The notes: generated by a model from the letters alone, not told the origin. A stretch of 64,000 nt of DNA from an uncultured Eggerthellaceae bacterium (GCA_937902685.1 CALELU010000100.1:1412-65411); one strand, 5' to 3'. Positions 47,246 through 60,034 are shown, numbered from the stretch's first letter. Program-made: numbers and translations.

Positions 47246-49246
47246 ATGTGCGGTATCTGCGGATTCACGCAGGCAACGGACGCAAGCCTGCCAACCCTGA
47301 AAGCCATGTGCGACGTCATGGCCCACCGCGGGCCCGACGGCGAAGGCCAATACATCGATGCCGAAAGCGGCATTGCGCTTGGCCACCGCCGCTTGTCGCT
47401 TATCGACCTGGCAAACGGCAACCAGCCCATGGTGCGCGCCACGGGCAACCACGCCGCCGCTATCACGTCGCCAGCCCTGCACCTTGACGGCACTCCGTGC
47501 GGCACGCGCGAGCAGGCTGCCGCAAAAGGCGCATTCGCCATCGTGTTCAACGGCGAGATTTACAACTACCGCAACCTGCGCGGCGAGCTTGAGGCCGCAG
47601 GCTGGGAATTCCAAACGAATTCGGACACCGAAGTGCTGCTTACCGGCTACCTGCATTGGGGCGAAGGCGTGCTCGACCGCCTGCGCGGCATGTTCGCGTT
47701 TGCCATTTGGAACCGCGAAACACGCGAGCTTTTCTGCGCACGTGACTTTTTCGGCATCAAGCCGTTTTACTATACGCAGCAAAACGGGCAGTTCATTTTC
47801 GCCTCGGAAATTAAGTGCATCCTCGAGCACCCCGCCTACACGCGCGAGCTTAACCGCGAAGCGCTTGAACAGTATCTGTGCTTCCAATTCAGCGCGCTGC
47901 CCGAAACGTTCTTCAAGGGCATCTTCAAGCTGGCACCGGCACATTGCATGACCGTTCACGCCGATGGCTCCATCACGCAGCGTCGTTACTGGCGCCCGGA
48001 GTACCATTTCGACACCCAGCGTAGCCGCCAAGACACCGTTGAGGCCATCGATGAGGTGCTACGCGACAGCGTGCGTTACCACAACGTTGCCGATGTTGAG
48101 GTTGGCAGCTTCCTTTCTTCCGGCATCGACTCCAGCTACATGGCTGCGTGCTTGGCTAAAGAAAACCCCGATATCAAAACGTTCACCGTGGGTTTTGACT
48201 GCTACAAAAACGCAGCCGCCAACAACGTTGAGGGCGCCGGCGGCATGATGCGCGACGAGATTTCCTGGGCGCGCGAACTTGCCGATGAGCTGCACATTGC
48301 CAACACCGACAAATACATTAGCGAAGAAGAGTATTGGGAAAGCCTCCCCCGCGTGCAGTGGCACATGGACGAGCCTTCGGCCGACCCTTCTGCCGTTGCG
48401 CTGTATTTTGTTGACCAAATTGCCGCAACGCAGGTTAAAGCCGTGCTTTCCGGCGAAGGCGCCGACGAGTTCTTTGGCGGCTACCGCATTTACCAAACGC
48501 CGTTTTCCAACGCCAAGCTGTCGTGGGCTCCGAAGGGCCTGCTGCGCGGCGCGTCTAGCGCTATGCGCAAGCTGGGCATCCGCGGCGCCAACTACCTTGA
48601 GCGCGCAAGCGAAACCCCGGAAGACTGGTATTACACCAACGCAAACGGCGTGGCTTTCACTGTTGAGGAACGCTCCAAGCTACTGCGCGGCGGCTGTAAC
48701 GCCCCTACCCCGCAACAACTTACGGCGCCGGTTTATGCCGAGGTCAAAGACCTTGATGAAACCACGCGTATGCAGTACGTCGACCTGTACTTCTGGCTTG
48801 TTGGCGACATCCTGCTGAAAACGGACAAGATGTCCATGGCGCACTCGCTTGAATCGCGCGTTCCCTTCCTGGACCGCCGCGTGTTCGACGTGTCGGCCAC
48901 CATCCCCACGCCGCTGAAGGCCAACGAGTCGCAAACAAAGCTCACCCTGCGCGAAGCATCTGAACGTGCCATCCCCAAAGATTGGGCGCAAAAGGAAAAG
49001 CTGGGCTTCCCTGTCCCTGTGGTGAATTGGCTGCGCGAAGATCGCTACTACAACCAAGTTAAGGAATGGTTTACCGGCGATATCGCCCGCGAGTTCTTCA
49101 ACACCGACGAGCTGGTGCGCTTGCTTGACGAGCACAAAGCCGGTGCCGACCGCAGCCGCAAAATCTGGATCGTGTACATGTTCCTCATGTGGTACAAAAT
49201 CTACTTCGTAGACAAAACCGCGCCCGAGAAACCAAAGGCACGCTAA
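47246..49246 (+). CDS. asnB: Asparagine synthase (glutamine-hydrolysing) family amidotransferase
   Basis: MCGICGF, HRGPD, FNGEIYN, LSSGIDSS, LSGEGADE and SLESRVPFLD. Confidence 0.93.
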   Translation: MCGICGFTQATDASLPTLKAMCDVMAHRGPDGEGQYIDAESGIALGHRRLSLIDLANGNQPMVRATGNHAAAITSPALHLDGTPCGTREQAAAKGAFAIVFNGEIYNYRNLRGELEAAGWEFQTNSDTEVLLTGYLHWGEGVLDRLRGMFAFAIWNRETRELFCARDFFGIKPFYYTQQNGQFIFASEIKCILEHPAYTRELNREALEQYLCFQFSALPETFFKGIFKLAPAHCMTVHADGSITQRRYWRPEYHFDTQRSRQDTVEAIDEVLRDSVRYHNVADVEVGSFLSSGIDSSYMAACLAKENPDIKTFTVGFDCYKNAAANNVEGAGGMMRDEISWARELADELHIANTDKYISEEEYWESLPRVQWHMDEPSADPSAVALYFVDQIAATQVKAVLSGEGADEFFGGYRIYQTPFSNAKLSWAPKGLLRGASSAMRKLGIRGANYLERASETPEDWYYTNANGVAFTVEERSKLLRGGCNAPTPQQLTAPVYAEVKDLDETTRMQYVDLYFWLVGDILLKTDKMSMAHSLESRVPFLDRRVFDVSATIPTPLKANESQTKLTLREASERAIPKDWAQKEKLGFPVPVVNWLREDRYYNQVKEWFTGDIAREFFNTDELVRLLDEHKAGADRSRKIWIVYMFLMWYKIYFVDKTAPEKPKAR

Positions 49247-49249
49247 CGC

Positions 49250-49286
49250 AAAACGCCGTCGCAGCACATGCGACGGCGTTTTTCTT
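49250..49286 (+). terminator. Intrinsic terminator after asnB
   Basis: AAAACGCCGTCGCA / TGCGACGGCGTTTT followed by a T-rich tail. Confidence 0.8.
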
Positions 49287-49551
49287 GCACTTGCGTAAGC
49301 AGCGGGAGCGGGAGTCTGGGCAGCTTGCCTGACGCGCGCGTCTTCCGAGCCGCTTGCCAACTCGCAACCATGCGGGAATCAGCCAGCCTTCTACGCTAAG
49401 CGCGATGCCCGCACGCTTGTTAGATGCCCATGCTCATCCTCGAACACGCATAGTTTCTTGTCGCGGCTTTCGTACAGATGGCTAAACGTAGCAAGCTGCT
49501 TTTTGCGCGCGGCCTTTTTCCCGCCGCCGGGTTTTCCCTGTTTGCGTTCCA

Positions 49552-50412
49552 TTAGTACTGCACCCGCCAAAACACTAAACCGGCAGCAGGGGCGTTCTCG
49601 CCTGCTGCGGTGCGATTGCGCGCCTCAAGCACCTGTTGCACCCATTCGGGTTTGCGTTGCCCACGGCCTACCATCACCAGCGTCCCCACGATAGTACGCA
49701 CCATAGAATGCAAAAAAGCGTTGCCCACCACTTTGATAGTGAGGATGTTTTCACCCATAACCGTTTCATGCGAAAGCGAAATCTCGTGCACGTTCCTGCA
49801 CGTTGGTTTTCCCACCGCGCTTGCCGCCATGCAAAAGCTTTTGAAATCGTGCTCGCCTTCCAAATAGCGCGCAGCTTGCCGCATAGCCTCAACATCAAGC
49901 GCACCGTGCACAAACCAGCTAAAGTTCCTCATGAACAACGGCGGCGTTTCGTCAATGCAGATGTGATAGTGGTATTCGCGCCACTGCGCATCGAAGCGCG
50001 CGCTGAACCCCGGTTCACGCTCTTCAACTGCGCGTACGGTAATATCCTTGTGCGTAAGCGCGTTCAAGCTGCGGCGCAAACTGTACAGGTTTCGCCCTTG
50101 AAGCTCATCGTTTGTTACGTCAAAGCTCACCACTTGCCCAAGCGCGTGCACACCAGCGTCGGTACGACCCGAGCACACCACTTCAATAGGCCGGCGAAAC
50201 ACCAGCGAAAGCGCCTGCTCAAGCTCACCTTGCACCGTCAGTTGTTTTGGTTGACGCGCAAACCCGCGAAACGGGGCACCATCATATGACACCGTCAGCG
50301 AAAGCGTGCGCTCCACCGCGCTTCGCTGGAAGTCAGCCGCATCGCTTACACGCGAGGCGTCTTTATACACGCCTGTCGCAGGCCGCAAGGCTGTCTTAGT
50401 ATGTTCATTCAT
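49552..50412 (-). CDS. truA: tRNA pseudouridine(38-40) synthase
   Basis: YDG..F.G..RQ, GRTDAGVHA, GEHDFKSF and FLHSMVR; start uncertain. Confidence 0.93.
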   Translation of the reverse strand: MNEHTKTALRPATGVYKDASRVSDAADFQRSAVERTLSLTVSYDGAPFRGFARQPKQLTVQGELEQALSLVFRRPIEVVCSGRTDAGVHALGQVVSFDVTNDELQGRNLYSLRRSLNALTHKDITVRAVEEREPGFSARFDAQWREYHYHICIDETPPLFMRNFSWFVHGALDVEAMRQAARYLEGEHDFKSFCMAASAVGKPTCRNVHEISLSHETVMGENILTIKVVGNAFLHSMVRTIVGTLVMVGRGQRKPEWVQQVLEARNRTAAGENAPAAGLVFWRVQY

Positions 50413-50531
50413 TTTCTCCATGCGCATCATGATACGCGACATTGCCCCGTAAAAGAAATGGGACCCGGATTCACATCCGAGTCCCATGACATTGCTCTGC
50501 AGCTTTCGACGCATCGCCCTCAATCAGACAG

Positions 50532-53500
50532 TTATGCGCTCAGCACGTTGTAGCCAAACAGGTCTGTTAGCTCGCTTTTCATGATGGGGCTTTCCGCATC
50601 TACCGTTATTGGCAGCTCCGCGCGGAACTTATGCCCATCATTTTGGCGTACGAACAACACTACGCCATCGCGGCCGGGGTATGACTTCAAAATACGGCTC
50701 AAACGCATAGACTTCGACTGATCGAAATCCGACATAGGCACGCTCAGCTGCAGCTGCCGCGGCTTTGCGTCCTCTTCGTTCAGCTCCAGCGTCTCCATCT
50801 CGAACACCATGATCTGGTTGCCACGGTCAGAATGTTCAAACTTGCCCTTGATTTTCACAATGGCATCTTCTTGTATAGCCTCGGCGTTTTCCTCATACTT
50901 GAAGCAAATGCACGCCACATGGCCCGTTGTGTCCTCAAGGTCAAACGTTGCCATCTTCGTGCCGCGCTTCGTCAGCTTCGTAACCACGTTAGACACCATG
51001 CCCACGAACACCGCAGACTTAATCTCCTTCGTGCGCTCCGCCAAATCACCCAGCTGCCACTTCGTAATGTGCGAGATGTAGTTCTCGTACGGCGTAAGCG
51101 GGTGATCCGAGACATAAATCTTCATGATCTCTTTCTCGTAGGCAAGCAGCTGCCGCTTCGGCCACTCCACGCCATCAGGCGCAGGCACGTCCTCCTGGAA
51201 GCCCGAGTCCGCATCGTCAGCAAATAAGTCGAACATGCTCACCTGACCGCGGTCGCGGTCTTTCTGGCGCTTCGCCGCCCCTTCTAGCAGCGGCGTTTCT
51301 TCAATGAAGTACATAAGCTGCTTACGCGTGTACCCCGTAGAGTCGAACGCACCGCCCTTGATAAGGGCTTCAAGCGTTTTGCGGTTGTAGCACTTCGCAT
51401 CCACGCGGTTCACGAAGTCGTGTAAGCTGGTGAACGGACCATTCTTCTCGCGCTCTTCGATAATCTCATCCGCAACGTTGCGACCCACGCCGCGCACACC
51501 AACCAAGCCAAAGCGAATGCCGTTTTCAACCGGCGTGAATTCCGCATTCGACGAGTTAATGTCAGGCGGCAACACGGGTGTGCCATTGTGGTTGCAGCTG
51601 GAAATATAGCGAATCAGACGGTCAGTGTTGCCCATATAGCTGGACAGCACAGCAGCCATGTACTCATTGGGGTAATGCGCCTTCAGGTACGCCGTGCGCA
51701 TAACCAAAATGGAGTATGCGGCCGAGTGCGATTTGTTGAACGCGTACTTAGCGAACTTCTCAGCGTCGTCCCAAATCTTCTTCGCAATTTCCAGCGAATA
51801 GCCGTTCTCTACCGCGCCGTTGTTCCAGTCTTCCTGCAACATGCGCATGATGTCGAGCTTTTTCTTGCCCATTGCCTTACGCAGCTTGTCTGCCTTGCCG
51901 GCAGAAAAGCCGCTCATGACCATGGACACCTGCATGATCTGCTCTTGGTACACCATGGTGCCATACGTTTCCTCAAGCACAGGACGCAGGCGCTCATCAT
52001 AGTAGTGAACAGGCGTTTTACCGCTTGCTACCTTAATGTAGTCCTCAACCATGCCAGACTCCAACGGGCCCGGTCGGTTCAGAGCGATAGAAGCAACAAT
52101 GTCGCTGAACCTATGCGGTGGGAGTCGCGCGAACAAGCTTACGTACAAGCCGCCTTCAACCTGGAACAAACCGTCCATGTTGCCGGAGCGCATCAACGCA
52201 AACGCCGCCTCGTCGTCTGTGGGGATTTCCTCGGGAACAATCTTGCGGCCCGTTGTCATCTCCACATTACGGCACGCGCGCGAAAGCACGCCCAACGTAC
52301 GCAAGCCAAGGAAGTCCATCTTCAACAAGCCCAGGTCAGGCGTGTAATGACCATCGTACTGCGTAATGATGCCGCCACCTTTGGTGTCGCGCTTTACCGG
52401 TACGTGGTCGGCCATGGGGTCGCGGCAAATGATGGTTGCACATGCATGTACGCCTTCGCCACGCACATGCCCTTCAATGGACTGCGCAGCGTCAACAACA
52501 GCCTTAACGTCTTCTTCGGTGTCGTAGGCCTTTTTCAAATCGGGGTTAGTGTCAAGCGCCTTTTGAATGGTAATGCCCAGCTCATCACCAATCATCTTGC
52601 AAATGCGGTCGCCTACGCTGTACGGGTAGTCAAGCACGCGGGCAGCATCGCGCACGGCGTTTTTAGCCTGCAGCTTACCAAACGTGATAACGCCCGTAAC
52701 ATGGTCAGCGCCATATACTTCACGAATATGCTCGATAACTTCCTGGCGACGTTCATCCTCGAAGTCGCAGTCGATATCAGGCATCTCAACGCGCTCAGGA
52801 GACAAGAAGCGCTCGAACAGCAAGCCGTTCGAAAGCGGCTCAAGGTCGGTAATGCCCATAGCGTATGCAACAATGGAACCTGCAGCCGATCCACGACCCG
52901 GTCCAACGCCAATGCCCTGGCTACGAGCCCAGTTCAGATATTCCTGCACAATCAAGAAGTACGCCGGGAAGCCCTGCTGGATAATAACGCTCATCTCGTA
53001 TTCGGCGCGATCAAGCGGCTCTTTCGGGATAGGATCGCCGTAGCGCTTCTTCATACCAACCATAACCTGATGGCGGAACCAGCTTTCGTCGGTTTCACCC
53101 TCAGGCAAGGGAAACTTAGGCAAAATAGAATCGCGTTCCAATACCACGTTGCACTTTTCAGCAACCTCTACGGTGGTGTCGCACGCCTCGGGGAAATCAC
53201 GCAGCGCCTCGCGCATTTCCTCTTCGGTTTTCATATAGAACTGGTCATTGGCAAACTTCATGCGATTTGTATCGTTAACAGCAGAGCCCGTGCCAATGCA
53301 CAGCATAATATCCTGCGCCCGAGCGTCCTCTTGCAACAGATAGTGGAAGTCGTTCGTTGCAATGGTTTTCAGGCCCGCACGGTGCGCAACCTCGGTAAGC
53401 TGATGATTCAGCTCTGTTTGCGTTAAGCCGCCATCAGTGCGAATGCCCTGATTTTGGAGCTCGATATAAAAGTCGCCCGGCTCAAAGCAGCTTGCAAATT

Positions 53501-53990
53501 TGTTCGCCCATTCAACCGCGTCATCAAACTGACGGTTATCAAGCAACTTGGGAATAATACCTGCGATGCAAGCGGAAGAGCCAATGATACCCTTGCCATA
53601 CTTCTGAAGCATGCTAAACGTAGTACGCGGTTTATAATAGAAATTGTCTACGTGCGACTCGCTGACCAGGTGTAACAGGTTATGATAGCCTTCATTTGTT
53701 TTCGCAAGCAGCAAAAGATGGTACAGCTTCGGCTTCACATCTTTGCGTAGCTCTTCATCGGTTGTGAAATACACCTCGCAGCCGTAAATTGGCTTTACGC
53801 GCTTGCCTGTTTCCTTCTCAATGGCATCGCATGCATCGCAAAGCTCCGGCACGCCAGACATAACACCGTGGTCAGTAATAGCTACCGCAGGCATGTCAAG
53901 TTCCGCAGCGCGACGCACCATGTCTTTGACATGGGTCAATCCGTCAAGCAGCGAATATTCAGTATGATTGTGCAAATGAACGAACGCCAT
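50532..53990 (-). CDS. dnaE: DNA polymerase III alpha subunit
   Basis: FVHLHNHTEYSLLDG, GPGRGSAAGS, MPDIDCDF, KMDFLGL and FNKSHSAAY. Confidence 0.97.
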   Translation of the reverse strand: MAFVHLHNHTEYSLLDGLTHVKDMVRRAAELDMPAVAITDHGVMSGVPELCDACDAIEKETGKRVKPIYGCEVYFTTDEELRKDVKPKLYHLLLLAKTNEGYHNLLHLVSESHVDNFYYKPRTTFSMLQKYGKGIIGSSACIAGIIPKLLDNRQFDDAVEWANKFASCFEPGDFYIELQNQGIRTDGGLTQTELNHQLTEVAHRAGLKTIATNDFHYLLQEDARAQDIMLCIGTGSAVNDTNRMKFANDQFYMKTEEEMREALRDFPEACDTTVEVAEKCNVVLERDSILPKFPLPEGETDESWFRHQVMVGMKKRYGDPIPKEPLDRAEYEMSVIIQQGFPAYFLIVQEYLNWARSQGIGVGPGRGSAAGSIVAYAMGITDLEPLSNGLLFERFLSPERVEMPDIDCDFEDERRQEVIEHIREVYGADHVTGVITFGKLQAKNAVRDAARVLDYPYSVGDRICKMIGDELGITIQKALDTNPDLKKAYDTEEDVKAVVDAAQSIEGHVRGEGVHACATIICRDPMADHVPVKRDTKGGGIITQYDGHYTPDLGLLKMDFLGLRTLGVLSRACRNVEMTTGRKIVPEEIPTDDEAAFALMRSGNMDGLFQVEGGLYVSLFARLPPHRFSDIVASIALNRPGPLESGMVEDYIKVASGKTPVHYYDERLRPVLEETYGTMVYQEQIMQVSMVMSGFSAGKADKLRKAMGKKKLDIMRMLQEDWNNGAVENGYSLEIAKKIWDDAEKFAKYAFNKSHSAAYSILVMRTAYLKAHYPNEYMAAVLSSYMGNTDRLIRYISSCNHNGTPVLPPDINSSNAEFTPVENGIRFGLVGVRGVGRNVADEIIEEREKNGPFTSLHDFVNRVDAKCYNRKTLEALIKGGAFDSTGYTRKQLMYFIEETPLLEGAAKRQKDRDRGQVSMFDLFADDADSGFQEDVPAPDGVEWPKRQLLAYEKEIMKIYVSDHPLTPYENYISHITKWQLGDLAERTKEIKSAVFVGMVSNVVTKLTKRGTKMATFDLEDTTGHVACICFKYEENAEAIQEDAIVKIKGKFEHSDRGNQIMVFEMETLELNEEDAKPRQLQLSVPMSDFDQSKSMRLSRILKSYPGRDGVVLFVRQNDGHKFRAELPITVDAESPIMKSELTDLFGYNVLSA

Positions 53991-54143
53991 AAATGCGCCT
54001 CAAATCTACTCGCAAACTGATGTGCTCGCCTTCGGCTTGAAGCCTTTGGGCTGCCTAAAGCCGTAGGGTTCCTTATTCCGGTTCCCCATCATAGCAGCCT
54101 CGGACGCACGCGTGTTCGAACAAACGATGGATTTTGTAGGCAT

Positions 54144-54176
54144 AAAAATAACCCCCCGCTCACTGCGGGGGGCTAT
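54144..54176 (-). terminator. Terminator after the atp operon
   Basis: ATAACCCCCCGC / GCGGGGGGCTAT with a U tail on the minus strand. Confidence 0.7.
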
Positions 54177-54263
54177 CAAAATGCCAGCCGATTGGGTACG
54201 ACCGTCGCGTTGCCAGCAGTCGCACCAGCGGCCGCGGGTTATATGCTCAAGCCGACGCCCAAA

Positions 54264-54533
54264 CTATGCAGCAACAGGCTGCGCACTGTCGGCAAGGATA
54301 ATAACCTTGTCGCCGGTAACCTGCACATAGCCGCCCTTGACCTCAAAACGCTGAACGGCACCGCCGCCAGCAGGAGTCAAGCGAATCTCGCCGTCAGCCA
54401 AGGCGGAAACCAAAGGTGCATGACCGGCCAAAAAGCCCATCTCACCTTCAACGCCCGGCACAACAACCATTTCAGCTTCGGTAGTCAGCAGCTTCTCGGC
54501 AGGCGTAACGATGTCGCACTTGAAGCTAGCCAT
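54264..54533 (-). CDS. atpC: ATP synthase epsilon subunit (short form)
   Basis: IVTP, GEMGFLAGHAP, GGYVQV and ILAD. Confidence 0.92.
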   Translation of the reverse strand: MASFKCDIVTPAEKLLTTEAEMVVVPGVEGEMGFLAGHAPLVSALADGEIRLTPAGGGAVQRFEVKGGYVQVTGDKVIILADSAQPVAA

Positions 54534-54534
54534 A

Positions 54535-55989
<1,455 letters not shown>

Positions 55990-56892
55990 TTAATCCTCCA
56001 AAGCAGCTGCGCCACCGACGATTTCCGAAATCTCGGTCGTGATAGCGCCCTGGCGTACGCGGTTATACAATCTGGTCAACGTGTTAACCATCTCGGTGGC
56101 ATTGTCCGTAGCCGACATCATGGCGTTGCGGCGTGCACCCTGCTCGGCAGCTGCCGAGTCGATAAGCGCGTGATACAACGTGGTACGCACATACGCCGGC
56201 AGCAACTGGTCAAGAACGGCCTCGGGGCTCGGCTCGAAAATAACATCGCCCTGAAGCTCCTCGCCAGAAGCCTCGGAAGCATTGTTGCCCGAATCAGACG
56301 CAAACGCTTCCGTGTCGACGGGAAGCAGCACTTCTTCGCGAAGCTGCTGCTCTGCCGCATTCTTTGCGTGGTTATACACCACGATAACCTCGTCGATCGT
56401 GCCGTTGGCGTAGCCTTCCACGGCATAAGAAGCAATATCAGTTGCCTCTTCAACCGTAGGATCGGCAGACAAATTAGCGAAGGACAGTACGGGCTCCACT
56501 TTACGATAGGTAAAGTAGCCCGATGCCTTCTTACCGCAGGCGACAACGCTCACACGAGCGCCAGCCGCCTGCTTCTTCTTCATCAGTCGCTCGACGTGAC
56601 GAAGAACGTTGCTGTTGAAGCCGCCAGCCAAACCACGGTCGGACACAACGACAACAACGAGAACATTCTTGACCTCGTCATGCTTGCGCAACAACGCGTT
56701 CTCGGAGCCACCTACACGCTTGGCAACGTTGGCCAACATTTCGACCATGGACTCGGCGTACGGCGTAGCTGCAGCCACGCGCTCGCCTGCAAGGCGAATC
56801 TTCGCAGCAGCAACCATTTCCATGGTTCGCGTAATCTGCTTCGTCGAAGAGACGGAGTTGATACGCCTATCAATGTCGTGAAGGTTGGGCAT
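55990..56892 (-). CDS. atpG: ATP synthase gamma subunit
   Basis: QITRTMEMVA, SDRGLAG and RQGAITTEISEI. Confidence 0.97.
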   Translation of the reverse strand: MPNLHDIDRRINSVSSTKQITRTMEMVAAAKIRLAGERVAAATPYAESMVEMLANVAKRVGGSENALLRKHDEVKNVLVVVVVSDRGLAGGFNSNVLRHVERLMKKKQAAGARVSVVACGKKASGYFTYRKVEPVLSFANLSADPTVEEATDIASYAVEGYANGTIDEVIVVYNHAKNAAEQQLREEVLLPVDTEAFASDSGNNASEASGEELQGDVIFEPSPEAVLDQLLPAYVRTTLYHALIDSAAAEQGARRNAMMSATDNATEMVNTLTRLYNRVRQGAITTEISEIVGGAAALED

Positions 56893-56903
56893 CGCTACCT
56901 ACC

Positions 56904-58475
56904 TTACGCCGTGGGTGCGAACTGAAGCTTGAAAGCCTCGATCGCAGCGTTGGTCAGGTTCTCGACGTCGCTCGTCCACTTGCCTGCTTTCTCAAGCTCG
57001 GTGAACACCTCGGGCTTGGATGCATGCAGGAACTCCAGCATTTCGCCACGGAAACGCACAACATCGTTGACCGGAACATCATCAAGATAGCCCTTGCTGC
57101 CAGCATAGATGGCCACAGACTGGTCGTATACGTCCATCATGCTAAAGCGATTCTGCTTCAGCAGTTCGGTCATAACGGCACCGCGGGTCAACTGATCTTG
57201 CGTAGCTTTATCAAGGTCAGAGCCAAACTGCGTAAACGCTTTCAGCTCGCGATAAGCGGCAAGGTCAAGCTTTAGCGTACCAGCAACAGACTTCATCGGT
57301 TTGATCTGTGCGGAACCACCAACGCGAGACACGGAAATGCCCACGTCAACAGCAGGACGCTGGCCCTGGAAGAACAGGTCGGTCTGCAGATAAATCTGAC
57401 CGTCGGTAATGGAAATAACGTTGGTCGGAATGTAGGCGGACACGTCGCCGGCCTGCGTCTCGATGATCGGCAAAGCGGTCATGGAGCCCAAGCCGTTCTC
57501 CTCGTTCATCTTCACAGCACGCTCCAGCAGGCGCGAATGCAGGTAGAAGATGTCGCCCGGGTAAGCTTCGCGTCCCGGCGGACGACGCAGCGTCAGCGAC
57601 ATCTGACGATAGGCCACAGCCTGCTTCGTCAGGTCATCGTACACAATCAGCACGTGACGACCCGGGTTCTCCGGACCGGCAGGCTTGCCGTCTTCGCCGT
57701 TGTAGACGAAGTACTCGCCCATAGCGGCACCGGCCATAGGAGCAATGTACTGCAGCGGTGCGGAATCAGCAGCAGAAGCACTGACGATGATGGTGTAATC
57801 CATCGCGCCGTACTTCTCCAGCGTTTCCTGCACGTTTGCCACCGTAGAAGCCTTCTGGCCCACGGCGACGTAAATGCAGATCATGTCCTTGCCCTTTTGG
57901 TTCAGAATGGCGTCAACAGCAATAGCCGTCTTACCAGTCTGACGGTCGCCAATGATCAGCTCGCGCTGACCACGGCCAATCGGAATCATGGCGTCAACGG
58001 CCAGGATACCGGTTTGCATAGGCTCTTCAACCGGCTTACGGTGAATAACGCCCGGAGCCTTGAACTCAACGGGGCGCGTGCCCTCGGCCTTGATTTCGCC
58101 CTTACCGTCAATCGGCATACCAAGCGGGTTCACAACACGACCCAGCAGGGCTTTGCCGGAGGGAACCTCTACCAGACGACCGGTGGTTTTCACCGTGTCG
58201 TTTTCTTTGATTGCAGCGACATCGCCCAACAGCACGGCGCCCACTTCGTCCTCTTCGAGGTTCTGGGCCATACCGTACACAACCTGACCGGTAGAGCTGG
58301 TGAACTCCAAAAGTTCGCCTGCCATCGCATTCTTCAGGCCATCAACGCGAGCAATACCGTCGCCCACCTGGATAACGGAACCCGTTTCACGGGACTCCAC
58401 ACTGGTGTTCAGCGCATCGAGCTGCTTGCGCAGCGCCGCGTCAATAGACTGTGCGGTGATTTCAGTCACTAGCAT
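56904..58475 (-). CDS. atpA: ATP synthase alpha subunit
   Basis: GDRQTGKT and [10 protein letters not shown]; start may be GTG 58469. Confidence 0.98.
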   Translation of the reverse strand: MLVTEITAQSIDAALRKQLDALNTSVESRETGSVIQVGDGIARVDGLKNAMAGELLEFTSSTGQVVYGMAQNLEEDEVGAVLLGDVAAIKENDTVKTTGRLVEVPSGKALLGRVVNPLGMPIDGKGEIKAEGTRPVEFKAPGVIHRKPVEEPMQTGILAVDAMIPIGRGQRELIIGDRQTGKTAIAVDAILNQKGKDMICIYVAVGQKASTVANVQETLEKYGAMDYTIIVSASAADSAPLQYIAPMAGAAMGEYFVYNGEDGKPAGPENPGRHVLIVYDDLTKQAVAYRQMSLTLRRPPGREAYPGDIFYLHSRLLERAVKMNEENGLGSMTALPIIETQAGDVSAYIPTNVISITDGQIYLQTDLFFQGQRPAVDVGISVSRVGGSAQIKPMKSVAGTLKLDLAAYRELKAFTQFGSDLDKATQDQLTRGAVMTELLKQNRFSMMDVYDQSVAIYAGSKGYLDDVPVNDVVRFRGEMLEFLHASKPEVFTELEKAGKWTSDVENLTNAAIEAFKLQFAPTA

Positions 58476-59047
58476 TCACCTCCATCTGTGGATTGTTTCA
58501 GCACGTTGCGAGCGGCTTCAAGCTGCGACGTCATGCTGGCGTCGATTCGCTTGCCATTAGCGCTCATCAAAATGCCACCAATCAGGGATTTGTCAATGTT
58601 TTCACGAAGGACAACATTGGTTCCCAGATCAGCTTCAGCTTTCTTCGTAATAACCTCGCGCAGGTGATCGTCTAGCGGCACGACGGTGGTTACGTCGACC
58701 ACGGTAACGTTCAGCTTGCGTTCGACCTGCTCTCCGTAGCTCTCCCATACGCGCGAGAGCAACGCGAAGTCCCCACGCTCTGCCATAACGGCAAGAACTT
58801 CCACGAGGACCGGATTGGCTTGCGCGAACACATTGCGCGCAAGGCCGCTCCTCTGCTCGGGCGTATAAGAGCCATCTTGCAAAGAGCTAGAGAGATCCAT
58901 GTTCGAACGCATAATGCGAATAATGCGCTCGGTCTGGTCGCGCACCTCAAGCACCGTGTCCTGGCCGCCCGCTGCCAAAGCAGCATCTAGCAGAACAGAT
59001 GCGTAAGTAGCAACCTTTTCCTTTTGAACATGGCGGTTAGTTGGCAT
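58469..59047 (-). CDS. atpH: ATP synthase delta subunit
   Basis: IDKSLIGG...IDAS; operon position. Confidence 0.9.
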   Translation of the reverse strand: MPTNRHVQKEKVATYASVLLDAALAAGGQDTVLEVRDQTERIIRIMRSNMDLSSSLQDGSYTPEQRSGLARNVFAQANPVLVEVLAVMAERGDFALLSRVWESYGEQVERKLNVTVVDVTTVVPLDDHLREVITKKAEADLGTNVVLRENIDKSLIGGILMSANGKRIDASMTSQLEAARNVLKQSTDGGEC

Positions 59048-59645
59048 TGAAACTGCCCGCCTCGTTCACGTAGCGCTCGATGATCTTGCGGTGTTCATCA
59101 TCGCTCAGGTCCTCACCGATCAAACGCGAAGCCACGGCAACCGACATATCGGCCACAGAACCCTGAAGTTCAGCAATGGCAGCCTTCTTGTCAGCCTCAA
59201 TGGCAGCATGCGCCTTTTCGATCATGGTTGCAGCTTCCGCTTGCGCCTTTGCTGTGATGTCGGCCTTTACAGCCTCACCTGTTTTCTTGGCGTCAGCGAT
59301 AATCTGCGCGGACTGAGCCTTGGTGTCCTCTAGCTGGCGCTTGTACTCGGCGAGAACGCGTTCGCTTTCAACACGAGCCTTCTCGGACTGCTCAAGAGCG
59401 TCCTTGATGGTGGTCTCGCGTTTTGTCAGCATGCCCTCGAACAGCGGCCAACCGAATTTCGCCAGGATAATCCACAGGATGATGAACGCAACAAGCATCG
59501 GGATGAACTCATCCATCTGCGGCAGAATTGCCGCAACGCCTGCGCCTTCGTCAGCAAATGCCTGAGCAGGAAGCATAGCGCTTGCCGCGCCGAAAGCGAC
59601 GGCTGCGCTGCCGCAACCGCGGAGCACTGTGTTCTTGACGTTCAA
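59037..59645 (-). CDS. atpF: ATP synthase b subunit
   Basis: FIILWIILAKFGWP followed by coiled coil; TTG start after AAGGAGG. Confidence 0.9.
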   Translation of the reverse strand: MNVKNTVLRGCGSAAVAFGAASAMLPAQAFADEGAGVAAILPQMDEFIPMLVAFIILWIILAKFGWPLFEGMLTKRETTIKDALEQSEKARVESERVLAEYKRQLEDTKAQSAQIIADAKKTGEAVKADITAKAQAEAATMIEKAHAAIEADKKAAIAELQGSVADMSVAVASRLIGEDLSDDEHRKIIERYVNEAGSFNAN

Positions 59646-59697
59646 CTCGCTTGCCTCCTTTCCTTAGCTTATAGGTCTTGCTTGAGTCGAAAACCTG

Positions 59698-59910
59698 TTA
59701 GCCAATGAAGAAGAGGACCAGGCCCAGCAGTGCCAGAGCCTCAGACATAGCAGCGCCGATGAAGAAGTAGCCCATCAGGGTGCCCTTCATCTCAGGCTGG
59801 CGTGCAGCAGACACGCACAGGCCGTACGTTGCAACGCCGATGCCGATGCCGGGGCCGATGGCGGCGAGGCCATAGCCGACGACCTTCAGCGCAGCGAGCG
59901 TGATTTCCAT
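59698..59910 (-). CDS. atpE: ATP synthase c subunit (H+-type, EAL)
   Basis: GPGIGIG, ARQPE and SEALAL. Confidence 0.95.
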   Translation of the reverse strand: MEITLAALKVVGYGLAAIGPGIGIGVATYGLCVSAARQPEMKGTLMGYFFIGAAMSEALALLGLVLFFIG

Positions 59911-60034
59911 AATTACCTCCTTCGTTGAACCCGGAGCCTTCTCCGTGCTCATGCCTATATGCCCAAGCTGATCTACTTATGCCAGCTGTGGTGCCAAACA
60001 AGTAAGGTGGCAGCTTACACTGCCAATCCGCGCA

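Noticed and set aside
51588..53426. Long plus-strand ORFs opposite dnaE (likewise 26276-27952, 55420-56925, 61579-63096 and 21272-22600)
   Set aside because: They are antisense open frames caused by GC-rich codon bias of well-identified genes, with no recognisable motifs.
50532..53990. Intein in DnaE
   Set aside because: The length is normal (1152 aa) and no intein splice motifs interrupt the FNKSH region.
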